A stretch of 64,000 bases of DNA. It comes from Lama glama. Taxonomy: Eukaryota. The position numbers and the translations under genes were made by a program. The stretch is from NCBI GenBank assembly GCA_028534125.1, contig CM052817.1, forward strand, positions 46,936,001 to 47,000,000, read 5' to 3'. The notes beneath the pieces were generated by a model, which worked only from the letters and a program-made list of their open reading frames with translations, searched no databases and was not told the DNA's origin. Each line of letters opens with the position of its first letter. The stretch's first letter is position 1. Shown here one piece after another: positions 13,022 through 27,199 of this stretch.

Positions 13022-14184
13022 AGCTTAGAGTACTAAAAGTGTAAGAAATTAGTTCACTAAATAAGTGTTTAAACTATGATAGGGTTTAACCACTAGTAAA
13101 TCCAGTATTGGTCACTATCATTGGCAGAAGTCACAATTGTATATGAACAGTCTCATGTCTCAATTATAAGTCTTTGTCTTTCAAAATACTCTGTATATTA
13201 TTTTTGTTGTTGTTGTTGTTGCTGTTCCTTTAAATTTTTAGTAGCTTTGTTCCTCAAATACAGTTAAGTTACTTGGAAACAATTTTTTCATTTTAACACT
13301 TGCTTTTCAGCTTTGTTGGATGGGTCCAGAATAGCAAATTTGGCCCCACTGCTGAGGATTTTACTTGATATTCTGTGTGTTTTAAGGGTCTTTCAACTCT
13401 GGCTCTGGGAACCAAACTATTCCCAGCCCTGTATAAGCTCTAGGTGTTGTTCAGCCTGATTCCTTCTGGTGGTCTTTCCTTGGCCTCCAGTAATTTTTCT
13501 CATGCATGTATGCTGATCAGCGCTCAGCTGAAGCTTCCAGGGGAACCCTCTGCAGATCCCTGGAGTACTCTTTGTGTATAGCACCTTCCTCTCCAGTAGT
13601 TTGCCCAGTAAATGCTAGCCATCTTCACCTCTCCAAATTCCAGTCTTTTCAACTCAGGGAGACTGCTAGACTCTGTTTGGGTACACTTGCCCTGCACTTT
13701 AGCCTGGAAACTCTCTAGGCAATCGAATGAGTTAATCATTTCTCTCCTCCAAGATCGTTTCATGTACTGCGTAACCACCATCATTTCAAATAGTTTGTCT
13801 TTTTTTTGTCATTTGGGTTAGGAAAATAAATCTTGTCTATGCTACTCCATTTGCAGGTGGAAGGAAAAGTGAGTCCACAGTAGTATTTCTTAAACATGTA
13901 GTTGAAAACAGCATATGGTTGAAAATCACACTTTTTCTTCCTGCATGCTTTAAGAATCACCATAAAGTTCAAATATTATTTGTAGTCTTTAAAAAATCAT
14001 AAGTTGACCACTAATGAGAAAAAATGACTCACTACCCAAATGTTTGATATAGTAGTGATAGATATATATATCTCTGTGTATATTTGGTATATGTACATGT
14101 TATGTAATTGGTGTTAACATTCTAAAATTATCTAATAAGTTAATCAACAGGTTTTGTTTGTTTGTTTGCTTGTTTTTTAAACAG

Positions 14185-14296
14185 ACTGAGAGTAATCATG
14201 ACACAGCACTAACACTTGCCTGTGCTGGTGGTCATGAGGAACTGGTACAAACACTGCTAGAGAGAGGAGCTAGTATTGAGCACCGAGACAAGAAAG
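14185..14296 (+). CDS. ANKRD17: ANKRD17 exon, start of second ankyrin cluster, TESNHDTALTLACAGG...HRDKK
   Basis: ttttttaaacag| acceptor, AAG|gtagag donor; 112 nt; ankyrin motif. Confidence 0.95.
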
Positions 14297-14437
14297 GTAG
14301 AGCCTACTTTTGTTAATTATTTTTTTCTGGATTATTTGTGTTCTGTGAATTCTGCTTGAGCTCTATTTGGATGATTAGATACAGTGGAAAACAGTGTTGT
14401 TTCCTTGCTTAGCTAAGAAGATATTATTTTACTTCAG

Positions 14438-14583
14438 GTTTTACTCCACTCATCTTGGCTGCTACAGCTGGTCATGTTGGTGTTGTGGAAATACTGCTGG
14501 ACAATGGTGCAGACATTGAAGCCCAGTCAGAAAGAACCAAGGACACACCGCTATCTTTGGCTTGTTCTGGGGGAAGGCAGGAG
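14438..14583 (+). CDS. ANKRD17: ANKRD17 exon, GFTPLILAATAGH...SGGRQE
   Basis: acttcag| acceptor, GAG|gtattg donor; 146 nt; TPL-type ankyrin motifs. Confidence 0.95.
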
Positions 14584-17232
14584 GTATTGCTGTCCCAAGT
14601 GTATTTTTTTTCCTCCATCTATTTAACAGATGTATGCTTTAATTTATATGATTTTGTGGGAACAGTGAACAGACATTAAGATTTATCACAGTAACTTAAA
14701 TTGTTATCTTTTAGCAAAAGGACAAGAATTAGTGTTAGCATAAGCTATCTTGCCAGAAAGATCATATGTTGTTCATTATCCTGCTCATCTAAAAGTACTA
14801 ACCGCCATAGGAATCTCTCGGTATTGCATTCAGGCTAAAAGAATAATTAAGATGTTCCAAATCAAATCAGTAAGCTCCTGATAAGCAGGGCCTATATTCA
14901 CTCACCATTTCCTGTTCCAGCGTACCTATCATGAAAGGTACTTAAGCTCAGCCTCTATTGCTCTGTATGTATAAGACTTAGGAAGTTAAGACTAATCCAG
15001 TTTTAGTTGTTCTAAGGACTCGTTTTTTACTTTTTCCTCACCCCTTCTCAACTCTGGAGGAAAGGTTCTCAGGTAGTATTATGTGACCTTTTAGTTTTTC
15101 AAGATAGCTGGTGTGCTTAGTCGTAGGCTCAAGAAGTCATAGCTTTACTCCCTTGTGTGTCGTCTTCTGACATTTAATAGTCAGTTGGATAACCTCATTT
15201 TTTAGCCTGTTTTTTAAATCCAATCCTCTTCACCAGTTGTACTGTCTCTATGGATGACAGCATCTTAATTAGGGAATTAGTGAATCTTATGTTTAGGAAG
15301 CACCGTGGGTCATCCAGGTCAGTTTCCTACTTGGCTTCAAAATCTTTTTCTTTTTTATTTCACCATTCTAAATATTTTTTCCTGTATTCCATAGTGTAAG
15401 TGATTCTATCAGTCAGAAATATAAATGTTTTGTTTTTGAAATATAATGAAAATAAAGTTTTGACTTAACTGAAATTTTCAATCATTATGTGGTTTGAAAT
15501 AATACTTGTCTCATATCATAACAAATTTTTCAGTGTTGTTAAAAAGTTGATTTCCTTTTGAAGCAATGTTAAAGCCTGTAGTTTACTTTAATCTTTATGT
15601 ATTTTTATTAAAATGTAACAGATGAGGTTATAATAATTAGAGAAGTCTTTTAGGGTAATAATTTTGCTGATAACACTCTTACTTTGAATCAGTGTCATTC
15701 GAACAGTTAAGTATTTTGAAGTAATTAATAAAACATTTGAAAGTCATTTTACTATAAAAATCACAAACTAATTTCTTTCATGTTGAATGTGTATTACTTT
15801 TGAGGAATAGACCATTCCCTCTGAGAGATAACTGAAGTCAGTTATCTTTGCATAATGGAATTAAGAAAACTTTAGAAATTTGATTGGGGTTTTCTACTTT
15901 ATTGCTTAAGGGACTCTGTAAAATAAAACAGTCTAATGCCAATTTGGGGGCTTATTTTTATAATCTTAAAAGCCACATAAGCCATCTAGTCTTACAGGCT
16001 CTATAAGCAAAAGAGTGATAGATATCATATAAAATTGGTCAAAGCTTTATTCAGACGAGTAAAGTTTTAGTTGGTACATAAGACACAGCACTGTTCATTA
16101 AAATTTGTTATTTCCCAGTTAGTATTTGGGGGGAGATATATATATAGAGAGAGAGAGAACAAGGATAAGTGCTGTGATCTTGAGCAGTCCTTAATTTCCT
16201 CATGCCTCATAAGAAATTCTACTAGGTGGAACCCATGAACAGTGGAAGTATATTTCCACAAGAAATGTTGATAACAATTTTATCCAAAATTACCCAAAAC
16301 TAGAAACAGCAGAAGTGTTCATCAGTAGATGAACTAGCATGTTGATATAATGGAATGCTACACAATACACACAAGTGACTCTCAAAAGCTACGTGATTCA
16401 TTTATACGAAGATTTAACGTAAATGAAACTACTAATCTGTGGGTAGGATTGACTAGGAAGGAACATGAGTAACATTTAAATTACATTAGGTTTATACATT
16501 TGTTAGTACTCAGTGAATATACAGTAAACTTTTGAGCATTTATTGAAAGTTACAAATGTCACCTAAAAAAACCTGTAAACAAGTAGTGTAGTTAATGGTA
16601 CACATGCTGATGTATTTAAAGGAAATTGCAGGTGTCTACGGTTTACTTAGAAATGAAATGCATCAAAAAATGATGGACAGATGAATAAATGTGGTTAAGT
16701 AATTAAATACAGTAGACTATTAATGGTGGAATCTAGGTAATGAGTATATGTAAATGTTTTCAGCTTTTCTATACGCTTGAAAATTTTCATAGTAAAATGT
16801 TAGAGAAAAAAGTGTTAGCTTTATTCCAAAAATTTTTTTTCTAACGTTCAGTTATTGATTTTAAGTTAAAAAAAATTTTATGGGCATTTACATATATAAA
16901 TGAAAGTCTTATTCTACTTTACCATTATGTGGTGGAGTAATACAGAAATACTAATTTCCAAAATAGCATTGCATAGGGTCACATGAGGTCCATATCTTTC
17001 ACTGAACAGACTGTGCCATTTCAACAGATTTCAAAATGGATTTTAAGAAGCTATCCCTTTGTTGGCTTCTAAGACCTTTTGCTTTCATTTGAGACTGATT
17101 TTGTACACAGGATGAAAGGACCTTCCCCTCTATATATAATATACCAGAAAAAAAAAAAGAAATCAGAAATATACACCTTGCAGATTATCTCGCTGTAAGA
17201 AGAAAACATATTTTTTCCTTTTTTCTTTCCAG

Positions 17233-17375
17233 GTGGTGGAGCTGTTATTAGCTCGAGGGGCAAATAAAGAGCACAGGAATGTTTCTGATTACACACCTCT
17301 AAGCCTGGCTGCTTCTGGTGGCTATGTGAACATTATCAAAATATTACTAAATGCAGGAGCTGAGATTAATTCTAG
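17233..17375 (+). CDS. ANKRD17: ANKRD17 exon, VVELLLARGANKE...AEINS(R), ends in a GC donor
   Basis: tttctttccag| acceptor. The frame joins the next exon only through TAG|gcaagt; 143 nt. Confidence 0.93.
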
Positions 17376-17916
17376 GCAAGTTTTATTCTCTCTTTCCAAG
17401 TCCCTTAAGAGTGTTGTGTTAAAATATCTGTAGAACACTTATTTTTTTTTAATGCCATATTTAGGAAATGCCTGTGTTACAAATTTAGAATTCAAATTTA
17501 AGTATTTAAAACTGTTGAAATAGAACTTGAAAAAATTACCAATTACTCTATTTCTTAAGGTACTAAAAGTAAACACATCTGACTTACTAGTTTTTATTAA
17601 GCAAGGAGGTATGTACTTTGGGACTTTAGGATAGATAGTCCATCTTAATAATACCTTAATAATTTATCACTTTTCAGCCCAAGTCATTATGTTGAATGAG
17701 ATACAGGAAGTATTTTAGTTCTGAGTGGTAAAAGATTTCTAATGGAGTCTTGATAGTATCTCAAAGACTTAGTAGGGCTGAGAAAAATGATTATTTTAAA
17801 TAATTCTGCAAAATAACCTTAAATCCTGAAATAAAATTCCACGTTATCATCCAATTTTTCTGGGACATTTGAAAATGTGTATTTTCCTTTTGTTCTCCCC
17901 ATACTTCCACCCCCAG

Positions 17917-18130
17917 AACTGGTAGCAAATTGGGCATTTCTCCTCTGATGTTAGCAGCTATGAATGGGCACACAGCTGCTGTTAAGCTCCTGTTAGACAT
18001 GGGCTCTGACATAAATGCTCAAATAGAAACCAATCGGAACACTGCCCTTACCTTAGCCTGCTTCCAAGGAAGAACTGAAGTGGTTAGTCTTCTGCTTGAT
18101 AGAAAAGCAAATGTGGAGCACAGAGCTAAG
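17917..18130 (+). CDS. ANKRD17: ANKRD17 exon, TGSKLGISPLMLAA...EHRAK
   Basis: cccccag| acceptor, AAG|gtaaga donor; 214 nt; ankyrin motifs. Confidence 0.95.
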
Positions 18131-18627
18131 GTAAGAAAAAGTCTTGAGATTTACACATGGATTTATTGCTTTGATATTTAAGGTGTAGCAGTATGCTAAT
18201 TATAATTCTGATACTTTGTAGTAACACGTACCTCTTACATAAGGCATTTTATCAGAAGTCATTCTTTATAACTTAGCTAAGCATCCATTCTTGAAAATAC
18301 CTCAGCAAAAAATTTTTATAGGTAATAATGACATTAGAGTTACCAGCTGAAAACTGTGCTGTTATGAAAGAGAAGACAGGAAACATTTATGAAGTGCCAG
18401 TTATATGCCAAGTACTTGCATGCCAAATTTTTTTCCCAACAAATTGACATTAAGTAGAATCATCTGCTTTCAATAGATCTCATTGTGGCTGAGAGAGGCT
18501 AGTAGTGTCAGTGCTGAAATTTAGTTGTGAATTTTTCTAATAGCTATACCATATTGCTCCCCCAGATTATTGTTAATATTTTAGTACTTTACATCTCTTA
18601 CATGTTTTTATTTTTCACTAAACCTAG

Positions 18628-18803
18628 ACTGGCCTCACACCACTAATGGAAGCTGCCTCTGGTGGGTATGCAGAGGTGGGCCGAGTTCTTTTGGATAAAG
18701 GTGCTGATGTTAATGCCCCTCCAGTGCCCTCCTCGAGAGATACAGCTTTAACCATAGCAGCAGATAAAGGGCATTATAAATTCTGTGAGCTTCTCATTGG
18801 CAG
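18628..18803 (+). CDS. ANKRD17: ANKRD17 exon, TGLTPLMEAASGG...ELLIG(R)
   Basis: aacctag| acceptor, CAG|gtatgt donor; 176 nt. Confidence 0.95.
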
Positions 18804-19873
18804 GTATGTCACCATACTCTTCATATATAAACATGGTGTTTACTAGTGATTACTATTCTCTGTGTAAATTGTAGTATTAACAAATCAAATGTGATTGCTT
18901 CTTTTATAAACTACAGTGTATTTTAATGTTTTAAACTTACCTCTTATTTTCTACCTGTCCAGAGCTTTGCTGCATTGTTTATTTCAGTGCAGCCTAGAAA
19001 TATACTTTCTTCCTTTTTTGTGTGTGTATACCACTTTTAAAGTACTGTAAAGCTATTTGAACATCCAGCTATTGTCATCCACACATCTCCCATACAGTTT
19101 GAGTTTTGCAAAGATGCCACTCTAAGTCTTGAAATTCTGGCCACAATCTAAGGCTTCATTGTTGATTTTCTTGTTCTTTATAGTAAATTTTATAGTAATT
19201 AGGGATTTTAAGTGATAGCTGTGAAACTGTTCAAGGTACAAAATAGGGCCCAGTATAGTTTTGTTTCAGTCACTTCGAAGTTGCTTGTTAGTCTTTGATA
19301 ATTTCTTGTCTGCTGAATTGGATTTCCTATTTTAACAGTCTTAAAGACCTTTAAGTATCCTAAGCAATAGTATTTAGTTGTAAACTACCATTGTTCACCA
19401 TGAGTCTTAACCCACTGAGTGCTAAACTTTCATGTTATTTGAAGATTCATTCTTTTCTGAAGCCACATGATATAAATACATGAATACAAATAATCTGAAA
19501 GATTATTGCCTTGTAGGATACTGTTTGTGCTGTAGGATACTGTTTAATGTATTGATTGTGATAGCAACAGAATGTACCTTTATTTTTCATCAAATATAAT
19601 TTGATGCCAGGATGTGAAATTCAAAATTAGGCACAAAGAGTCATTTTTAAAATAAAAGAAAAAAACAATTATTGGTATATGGTTAGTTTCAAGTCAGTGA
19701 CTTAATTTGATGACTAAAAATTCTTTGTCATGTAATTTTGAGAAATACATCTTAGTCCTGTATATTTTAAACAGTGTTCACCTTTATAGAATATTTTCAC
19801 AAGTTAATAGTTGATTTTTATTATTATCTGTGTTATTTCATTTTAAACAGCAATGTTTGTGTCATTCATTTAG

Positions 19874-20036
19874 GGGAGCTCACATTGATGTACGTAATAA
19901 AAAGGGGAACACTCCATTGTGGCTGGCAGCAAATGGTGGACACCTTGATGTGGTTCAGTTACTGGTGCAAGCAGGTGCAGATGTGGATGCAGCAGACAAC
20001 CGCAAGATAACTCCTCTTATGGCAGCATTTAGAAAG
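19874..20036 (+). CDS. ANKRD17: ANKRD17 exon, GAHIDVRNKKGNTPLW...AAFRK
   Basis: catttag| acceptor, AAG|gtagaa donor; 163 nt. Confidence 0.95.
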
Positions 20037-22026
20037 GTAGAAGTCTTTTATCCTCATTCACTTGGATGGTTTTCACTTAGACTAGAAAGTATGATTTAAT
20101 TATCACTAAAGACTATTATTTTAGATCTAAAAGCAGTGATGAAAGAGTAAAAAGCAAATAATCACTCAGATGGCAAGGGTGAAAGGTAGATAGAGGTATC
20201 CCAGAAAAGCCATTAGTATCCATATTAGACATCAAAGCTAAATAAACTTTTAAAAAGTTGTTCTAAGTAGTATTTTCAAAATCTAGTTACAATCTTAGTA
20301 TTTTGCAAAATATAAACCCAGCTAAAAGTAATGCTTATGAATGTTTCTTTCTTGTATTAGCATAGCTGAGAAAAATTTAACTTAAATTGATTTTATTTTT
20401 AATTATTGACTTTAATTTCCAGGAAAAAAGGAATTAAATAATGAAAACCCAGCTGCCAGTATTTGAAACCTTCAGAAGTAGAAATAAATTTTGTGGAAGT
20501 GCAGCTTTTTATAGTGCATAACACTGAACTGTGTATAAGTAATTTGATTTAATGCTTTGGATGATTTCTTAAGTGCACTTTTAATTTGTTACCAGGAAAC
20601 TAGGAAAACCAGATTAGTGTTACAGGGATTATAATTTTGAGTTTTGTCATTCATGTAGGTCAAACCTCTTACAGATTCCAAATTGTTTTGTTATATTGAA
20701 GTTTTAGTGTATAAATTACAAGAAATCATCTCTTCCTTTTTCTCTTATTACTCTGATTCCTGTACTTTAGACTACTTCTTTCCTGGTGTTCTAGACTACC
20801 TTCCCACTCTCATCAGTCAGACTTATTCTTTCTCACTGGCTACCTACATCGTCTTCAAGCAAACTAGCATATCATTATCAAGTTTATCTTTCTAACTATT
20901 TCACTTTGTTAGTATCCTCTTCAAGAACCTTTTCCTTTATCCTGAGTCTGTAATCCTTTGAAATTCAATCTTTGTTACTAAAAGCCCAATCTAGTGCTCT
21001 TTGAGCTCATCTCCCATTAAGTCCCTAATGTGGAATCTTCTTGCTTGGTCTTTTCTTTGTCACTGTCTTTCACATCACCTTTGTTCTCCTCTCAGGAATG
21101 CTCATGTCCTTCTTCATTTTTTCAAAATTAACTCATCCTTTGGGTACAGTTTAAATCTTCCCTTCTACAGAAACTTCCCGTTCCATTTGAGTTCACATTG
21201 AGATATCTAATCTGTTAAAAGTTGTGGAAATTCTACAATTCATTATTATCTTTGTCTATTTTGACAAATATGTATTACTATTTTAACATCTAACATGCAT
21301 ATATCTTATCTTTCCATTAGACTTAGCTCCTTAAGAAGTGTACTTTCCTTTTATACTCTTGTATTCATTTCATTGTTTACTTTCTTAGTACCTACCATAT
21401 ACAACTGTAATGGTTGGGATATTACATTGTACAGATTTCACTAGTTGCACTTTGTACAAAATGTAATCAGGGATCCACATCCAGAGTTAGGTAAAACTGT
21501 ATGAGTTGTCTCATATAAATAGCTTAAATACTGCAGAAGTGTTGGTGAGATATCAAGGAATGATGCAAATGGCATTTAAGCTATTCATTAAAAGATAGGG
21601 ATAGTTTAAAAAGATATAAATAACGAAGAAATAAAGGCAACAGAGGAAATGTACTAAATATATAAACAGCTGTTTATCCACCAATTTATAGATGTTCTTG
21701 TCAGTAAGTGGATTGAAGAAAGTAGAGAGCCTCTTGAACACTGGTCTAAAGATTTTGAACTTTACTTAATGAACTATGGTACAGTGAATAATGTAATCAT
21801 TCCTCACACTTTAAGAAAGTGTATTTTATTTCTTTTGCACTACCTAATGCTATGCATTCAGCTTTTATCTGAAAGAAAAAACAGTTGTTGTTTCTACTCT
21901 GAAATACCCAATTTCAGTCTGTATTTTGTGGCACTGATATCAGTGGAATCTTAGTGAAGACAGACTAGATTTACTGAGTCCTTTTAGAATCTGTTTTCAA
22001 TCTGACACTGATATCTATTTTTTTAG

Positions 22027-22122
22027 GGTCATGTGAAGGTGGTGCGCTACTTAGTCAAAGAAGTCAATCAGTTCCCATCAGATTCTGAATGTATGAGATA
22101 CATAGCAACGATCACTGATAAG
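22027..22122 (+). CDS. ANKRD17: ANKRD17 exon, GHVKVVRYLVKEV...ATITDK
   Basis: ttttttag| acceptor, AAG|gtaata donor; 96 nt, phase 0-0. Not in the ORF track; read directly from the sequence. Confidence 0.94.
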
Positions 22123-22173
22123 GTAATATATTGATCAAATTCATCCCCACTATGAACTTGGGATCCCATTTGG

Positions 22174-22175
<2 letters not shown>

Positions 22176-22237
<62 letters not shown>
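22176..22237. repeat. (GT)31 perfect microsatellite
   Basis: Read directly from the sequence. Confidence 0.97.
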
Positions 22238-22240
<3 letters not shown>

Positions 22241-23472
22241 GAAAAAAGAATCCTTAATTTGAGCAATAATGTATGGTACATAGCAATTTTTTATTTATCT
22301 AGTATTCAGGAATGAGGTATGCTTTTTAGGAGACTCTTCAGATTATTTATTTACCTAATGAATTAATAAAACATTTTCTGTGGTAGAATTTATCTTCTTA
22401 AAATAGTACTTAAGCTAATGTAATTTTAATGTAAATGCTAAACAATCTAAAGCAAATTATAGTTATTATTCATTAGTGTTATAATCTATCCAGATTGATA
22501 GCTATTCTGAGAGGAATAAGTGGATTTTTTTTTAATACTTGAACAAAAATTAATGTAGTACTTCAATTATGGTCAATAAATCTATAACATCTTCAACATG
22601 ATATAAAATTGGAGTAACTGTCAGGTTAAGAATGAATTTACTAGGATATTTTGCAGGAAAAGTAAGAAAGATAAATCCATTTAGCGTTCTATTTGAAATC
22701 TTCTGGTATGTTTTGATTTGAGAGTAAAATCCTAAGACATGCCTCTGAAAAACTAAGAATATCTTTCTGTTACATTTTCTTAGCAGTTATTACATGATAG
22801 TGAGCAGCTTTTTCCCTTAAGTTTTATTTAACATAGCTAATCCACTGTCTTGCCTGCCTCTAGATTCCTTTATGACAATTAATATTCCTGGATACTACTG
22901 GTTTTCTTGGAAGGGACAGAGATTAAAAATAAAGCTTTTGCCTTAATAGGGAAATAATCCCTTTACTGTCAAAAAGTGTGTACTATGAATGAAATCACTA
23001 AGAAAAATCTATAAGTACTGTGTCGATTTTTTTATGAGCAATTCTTGCACAAGAAGTTAGAGTAGCAAAGCCTAAATATTTGAGAACAGTTTTTGCCAAT
23101 TACGTATTTTGAATTTTTTAAACCCGTTTTCTTTTGTTGATACTGACCTTTTCCTTCAGCCCATTAACCAGCTGACAAATTTTTGCAGCTCTATTTGTGG
23201 TATGATTTCTCATTTAAATTATATGCATAAGTAATTTTAGTTTCTGAAAAGTGGTCAAATGGGTATTATTAAAGAATAGTAGAAGCTCTTTGCTTATGTA
23301 TTTTTATAAGATATCATTTAAATTATGTTTTTATTTGTACCCTTTTTTGCCCTACTACTGATCCTTGTTGCTTATGTTCATTTAAGCACCTTAATTAATA
23401 CTTTGATGTTTTCAGAAATCTCTCCAAATGTTAATTTTTTGAGGCTAGAAATATCTTAATTTTTCATTTTAG

Positions 23473-23589
23473 GAGATGCTGAAGAAGTGTCATCTTTGTA
23501 TGGAGTCAATAGTGCAAGCCAAAGATAGACAGGCTGCTGAAGCAAACAAAAATGCCAGCATTTTATTAGAGGAGTTAGACTTGGAAAAG
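23473..23589 (+). CDS. ANKRD17: ANKRD17 exon, EMLKKCHLCMES...ELDLEK
   Basis: cattttag| acceptor, AAG|gtaatg donor; 117 nt. Confidence 0.95.
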
Positions 23590-24348
23590 GTAATGGTAAC
23601 CTTTACATATGAAAAATACCTACTTTTGTCCTTTCTGCTTTTCTTTTTCCTAATTTATAACCTGGTTTTTCATTTTGTTTTGTTTTGGTTTTGCTTTTGC
23701 TTTCAATTAAGTACATGGTTTTCAAGTCTGGCTCAAATACTGAAGAGAATTATGAGTATTTTAATATCGTTTAAATAGTTTTCTTTGTAATCAAATTAAC
23801 AAAATGTTACAAGAATTGTATTGATCTGGAAATCAGAGAACCTAGCCTCTAATGCTCAATTATCTCAACTAATGATCTCTTAATCCTCATCCACATCTGT
23901 TCTTCATCGATCCCAGACCTTGTAACTTGTTGCCAACAGATTTATATCAGAAGTACCAAATACAATACGAAGGCATACACTACCAAGGCCTAATCAACTA
24001 GTGAAATACAACCAGTTGGTGGAATGTTTAATATGTACCTTTTTAAATGGATGCTTTCTCTTGTACTTTTCTCTTTCAGACACACTACAGCATCATTCCT
24101 ATCTATTCCCATGGGGTGTAAAATACTCCAAACAACATATATTGTAGACAGTTACATAACTGCTTCTTTACTCCCGTTAGTGTCAATAACTGTACTCCAG
24201 AATGTAATAGTAATAGTAATCATAGCAGGAAAAGAATTGCTTAGCATGGAATATTATGGAATATGTCTTCTGCCATATTTCATCTTTCTAAAAAAGGTTA
24301 AAAATGTATAAAATTTAACATGTATTCCTTAAATTTATAAAGGATATG

Positions 24349-24553
24349 CAGTGATAGCAAGGGCTAGGGTTCCAACCCTCCATGCAGTTGAAAATCTGAG
24401 TATAACCTTACAGTTGGGCCCTCCAAATCTGCAGTTTCATGTCCACGGATTCAACCAACCATAGTGTAGTACTGTAGTGCTTACTTATTTTTTAAAAATC
24501 CACATAAAAGTGGGCCTGCACAATTCAAGCCTGTGTTGTTCAAGGGTCAATTG
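24349..24553. mobile_element. Tigger2-like non-autonomous TcMar element
   Basis: Terminal GTTGTTCAAGGGTCAATTG followed by TA; internal GCAGTTGAAAATCTGAGTATAAC and GGATTCAACCAACC. Confidence 0.7.
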
Positions 24554-27199
24554 TATAACCTTTTTTATTTAAGCCAGGTTCATTCATTTTTATTCTAGTC
24601 GCTGACTTTGTTAAGCTGAACATTTCATATTATATAAAGAAAATATGAATTATTTTAAACATTTTATTCTAAATTGAATGTGAAAATATACATTATTTTC
24701 TGAAAAACACATTTAATATCAGAGGTTCTTCATTTTAAAAAATTTCTAGTTTAGATTCTGACCAAATGAAAGTTAGCTTTTTGGCCACTTTGAAGCTTTA
24801 ATTGAATATGAGCACGCTGAGAGCAAATACTGTTATAATCACTGTTGTAACTATTACTTGACCTATTTTTATATTCATTTTCATCTAATATTTATTTAAT
24901 GTCTGCTGAGTACCAGGCAATATAATAGGGCCAACCTATATAACAGAATATGTATTATGAGTCTTCTCTGCAAAAATATTATTACCCTCGTATTATAGAT
25001 GGAGAAACTGAATCTATGGGAAATTAAGTAACTTTCATAAGCCAGGCTAGAATTTAACCCACTTTCTAAATTCTTAATTCCCTGGTTCCCTCTCCTCCCT
25101 TAACTTACTTCTTAGTGCTTTCTCCCTTAAGTATTATAATACCTGTTTTGTGCATTACTCTAATGTTAAAATCTCTAAGTGACAGTTATTTCATGATACT
25201 GTTTCTTTTGCATTTGTATAAATCTCAGAAAGTATCCTTTCTATAGCTGAGACATAGATACCTGTTTTTAAATAAAATCTTTGTTTCATAACTTGGATGT
25301 TACTACTTTACATGAAATAACCTTTAGGGATTTACTGCATACCTGTGGATTACAAGGTCAGGAAGCACATATGTCTTATTAAGGGTGTCTATTCTTAATC
25401 AATTTCAGTGTTTTTTTAATTGCAATAATATGTTTAGTTTAAGCTGTGAGATATGCAAAGATAACTAAAATGTGCCATCATTATAAGGTGACTGAACTTA
25501 AAAACCTGGTATGGTAATTAACTAAAAGTCCTCACCTGTACAGTTACCTTTGCAACCTTTTAAGACCTTATGTGATCTGCCCATCCATAGCACTCCCTGT
25601 ACCTCTCTCTGATCTTATTTTGCTGTTTTCTCTTAGTCACTTTGCTTCATTCAAAATGACCACCTTTTTGTTCTTGCTGTGCTTTCTGCCTTGAATGTCA
25701 CTTCAGTTGCCTCATATTTTAGTTTGCCTTTCGTGCTCTTCCTGTTCTTCCCTTCTTTATTATTGTTCTAATATTCTAAATACTGTATTTTTATTTAGTA
25801 ATCTTGTTTCTCTCTCTACCACAAGAGTGTATGCACCACAAAATGGTACCTGGCATGTTACAGGTACTCAGTAAACATTTGTTTAACAAATAAATATCCA
25901 CATATATGAAGAGAGTGTACCTTTTAGAAAAATATTATCATGTGAACATATTACTCTAATACTTGCTTTTCCCTCTCTCAATAACTGAAGAATATTGTCA
26001 GTTGATAGTGATTTAAATAACTGCATAATATACTCCACAGCAAGTTTGTTTTGAGTTTTTTGTCACTGCAAATAATGTTGCAATAAATATCTGTATACAT
26101 GTTTCCTTATATTTTGGTGCTTTTATTATTTTTATGGAGTTTCTTCACTTGGGTCGATTTATTTTAAATTTGGTACTTCTGGAATATTTTCCTACAACCA
26201 TCAGCAATACATAAGTGTTTTTTCCTTGAATTCCTGCCAGCATTTCTTAACTTTGATGTTCATGCTTTCAGAGCCTCAGATTTAAGGCAAAAAAAAGGAA
26301 CTTCTTTCAAATGTCATTGCGTATTTTTCCGTAATATTAAAACTCAAAGGTGATAATTCTTAATCATAAATTAATTAGAGCTAATTCTTCTCCATGCATT
26401 GATCCTTTATAAGCAATTTTGAATGGGGGGTGGTGCATGGATAGAATTCTAGATTATAGAGGGGGCCCTTTCCTAAACTCCAGCCCCTTTCTATTTCTAT
26501 TTGAAAAATTATCAGATTGAGATCTGATAGGATTTGGTTCGCTCTTTTTTACTTATGATTTAAATCTGGGAAAGTACAGTTTTTTGCCTTTGAGACACAG
26601 TACATTCTGGCTCCACCTTCTGATTTAGGAACATCATAGGAGTTGATCCCATCTGGTTTAGGTAACTTACTGTTTGTATAAAAATGCTCCTTTGATCCAC
26701 CTTTCTAATTTGAAAATGTTGGTTAATAGGTTTGTAAAAACTGCTGTGGAGAATACTGCTCATTATATTGAACAGATTCCTTTGTCCTTATGCAGCAAAC
26801 ATTTGATTTACTGAGCATTTACTATGAAGAAGCCATGCTCTAGAGCAGTTGATATGGTCAGACTGTGAAGTATTCTGGCAGTTAATTGCTTGTTCTCTTA
26901 GGACATTAACTAAGTTATGTTTTGGGCTGTTAGAATCCCTAGTGGGTGTTATTGGTCTGCACCTTTAATGTCTCACCTCCCTACTTTATCACTTCTTGTT
27001 TCTCGCCTTTGTCTTTGTAAACTTTCATAACCTTTTAGGGAATTATGTAGGGTATATTTTTAAAATATTCCTTATAGATATTTTTAATTGGGTTTTTTGC
27101 CACCACCTGAAGCTATTGACATGCCCACTTCACAATCTCAGTTTTACACATTTAATTCTCTATCACCTCTTGTCTTTTCAGCTTTACTGCCTCTAGAAT

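Noticed and set aside
19512..19545. Short direct repeats (TGTAGGATACTGTTT x2; also 5018-5043 and 29909-29932) considered as an array
   Set aside because: Only two copies each and no repeat-spacer series. These are ordinary slippage duplications, not CRISPR-like.
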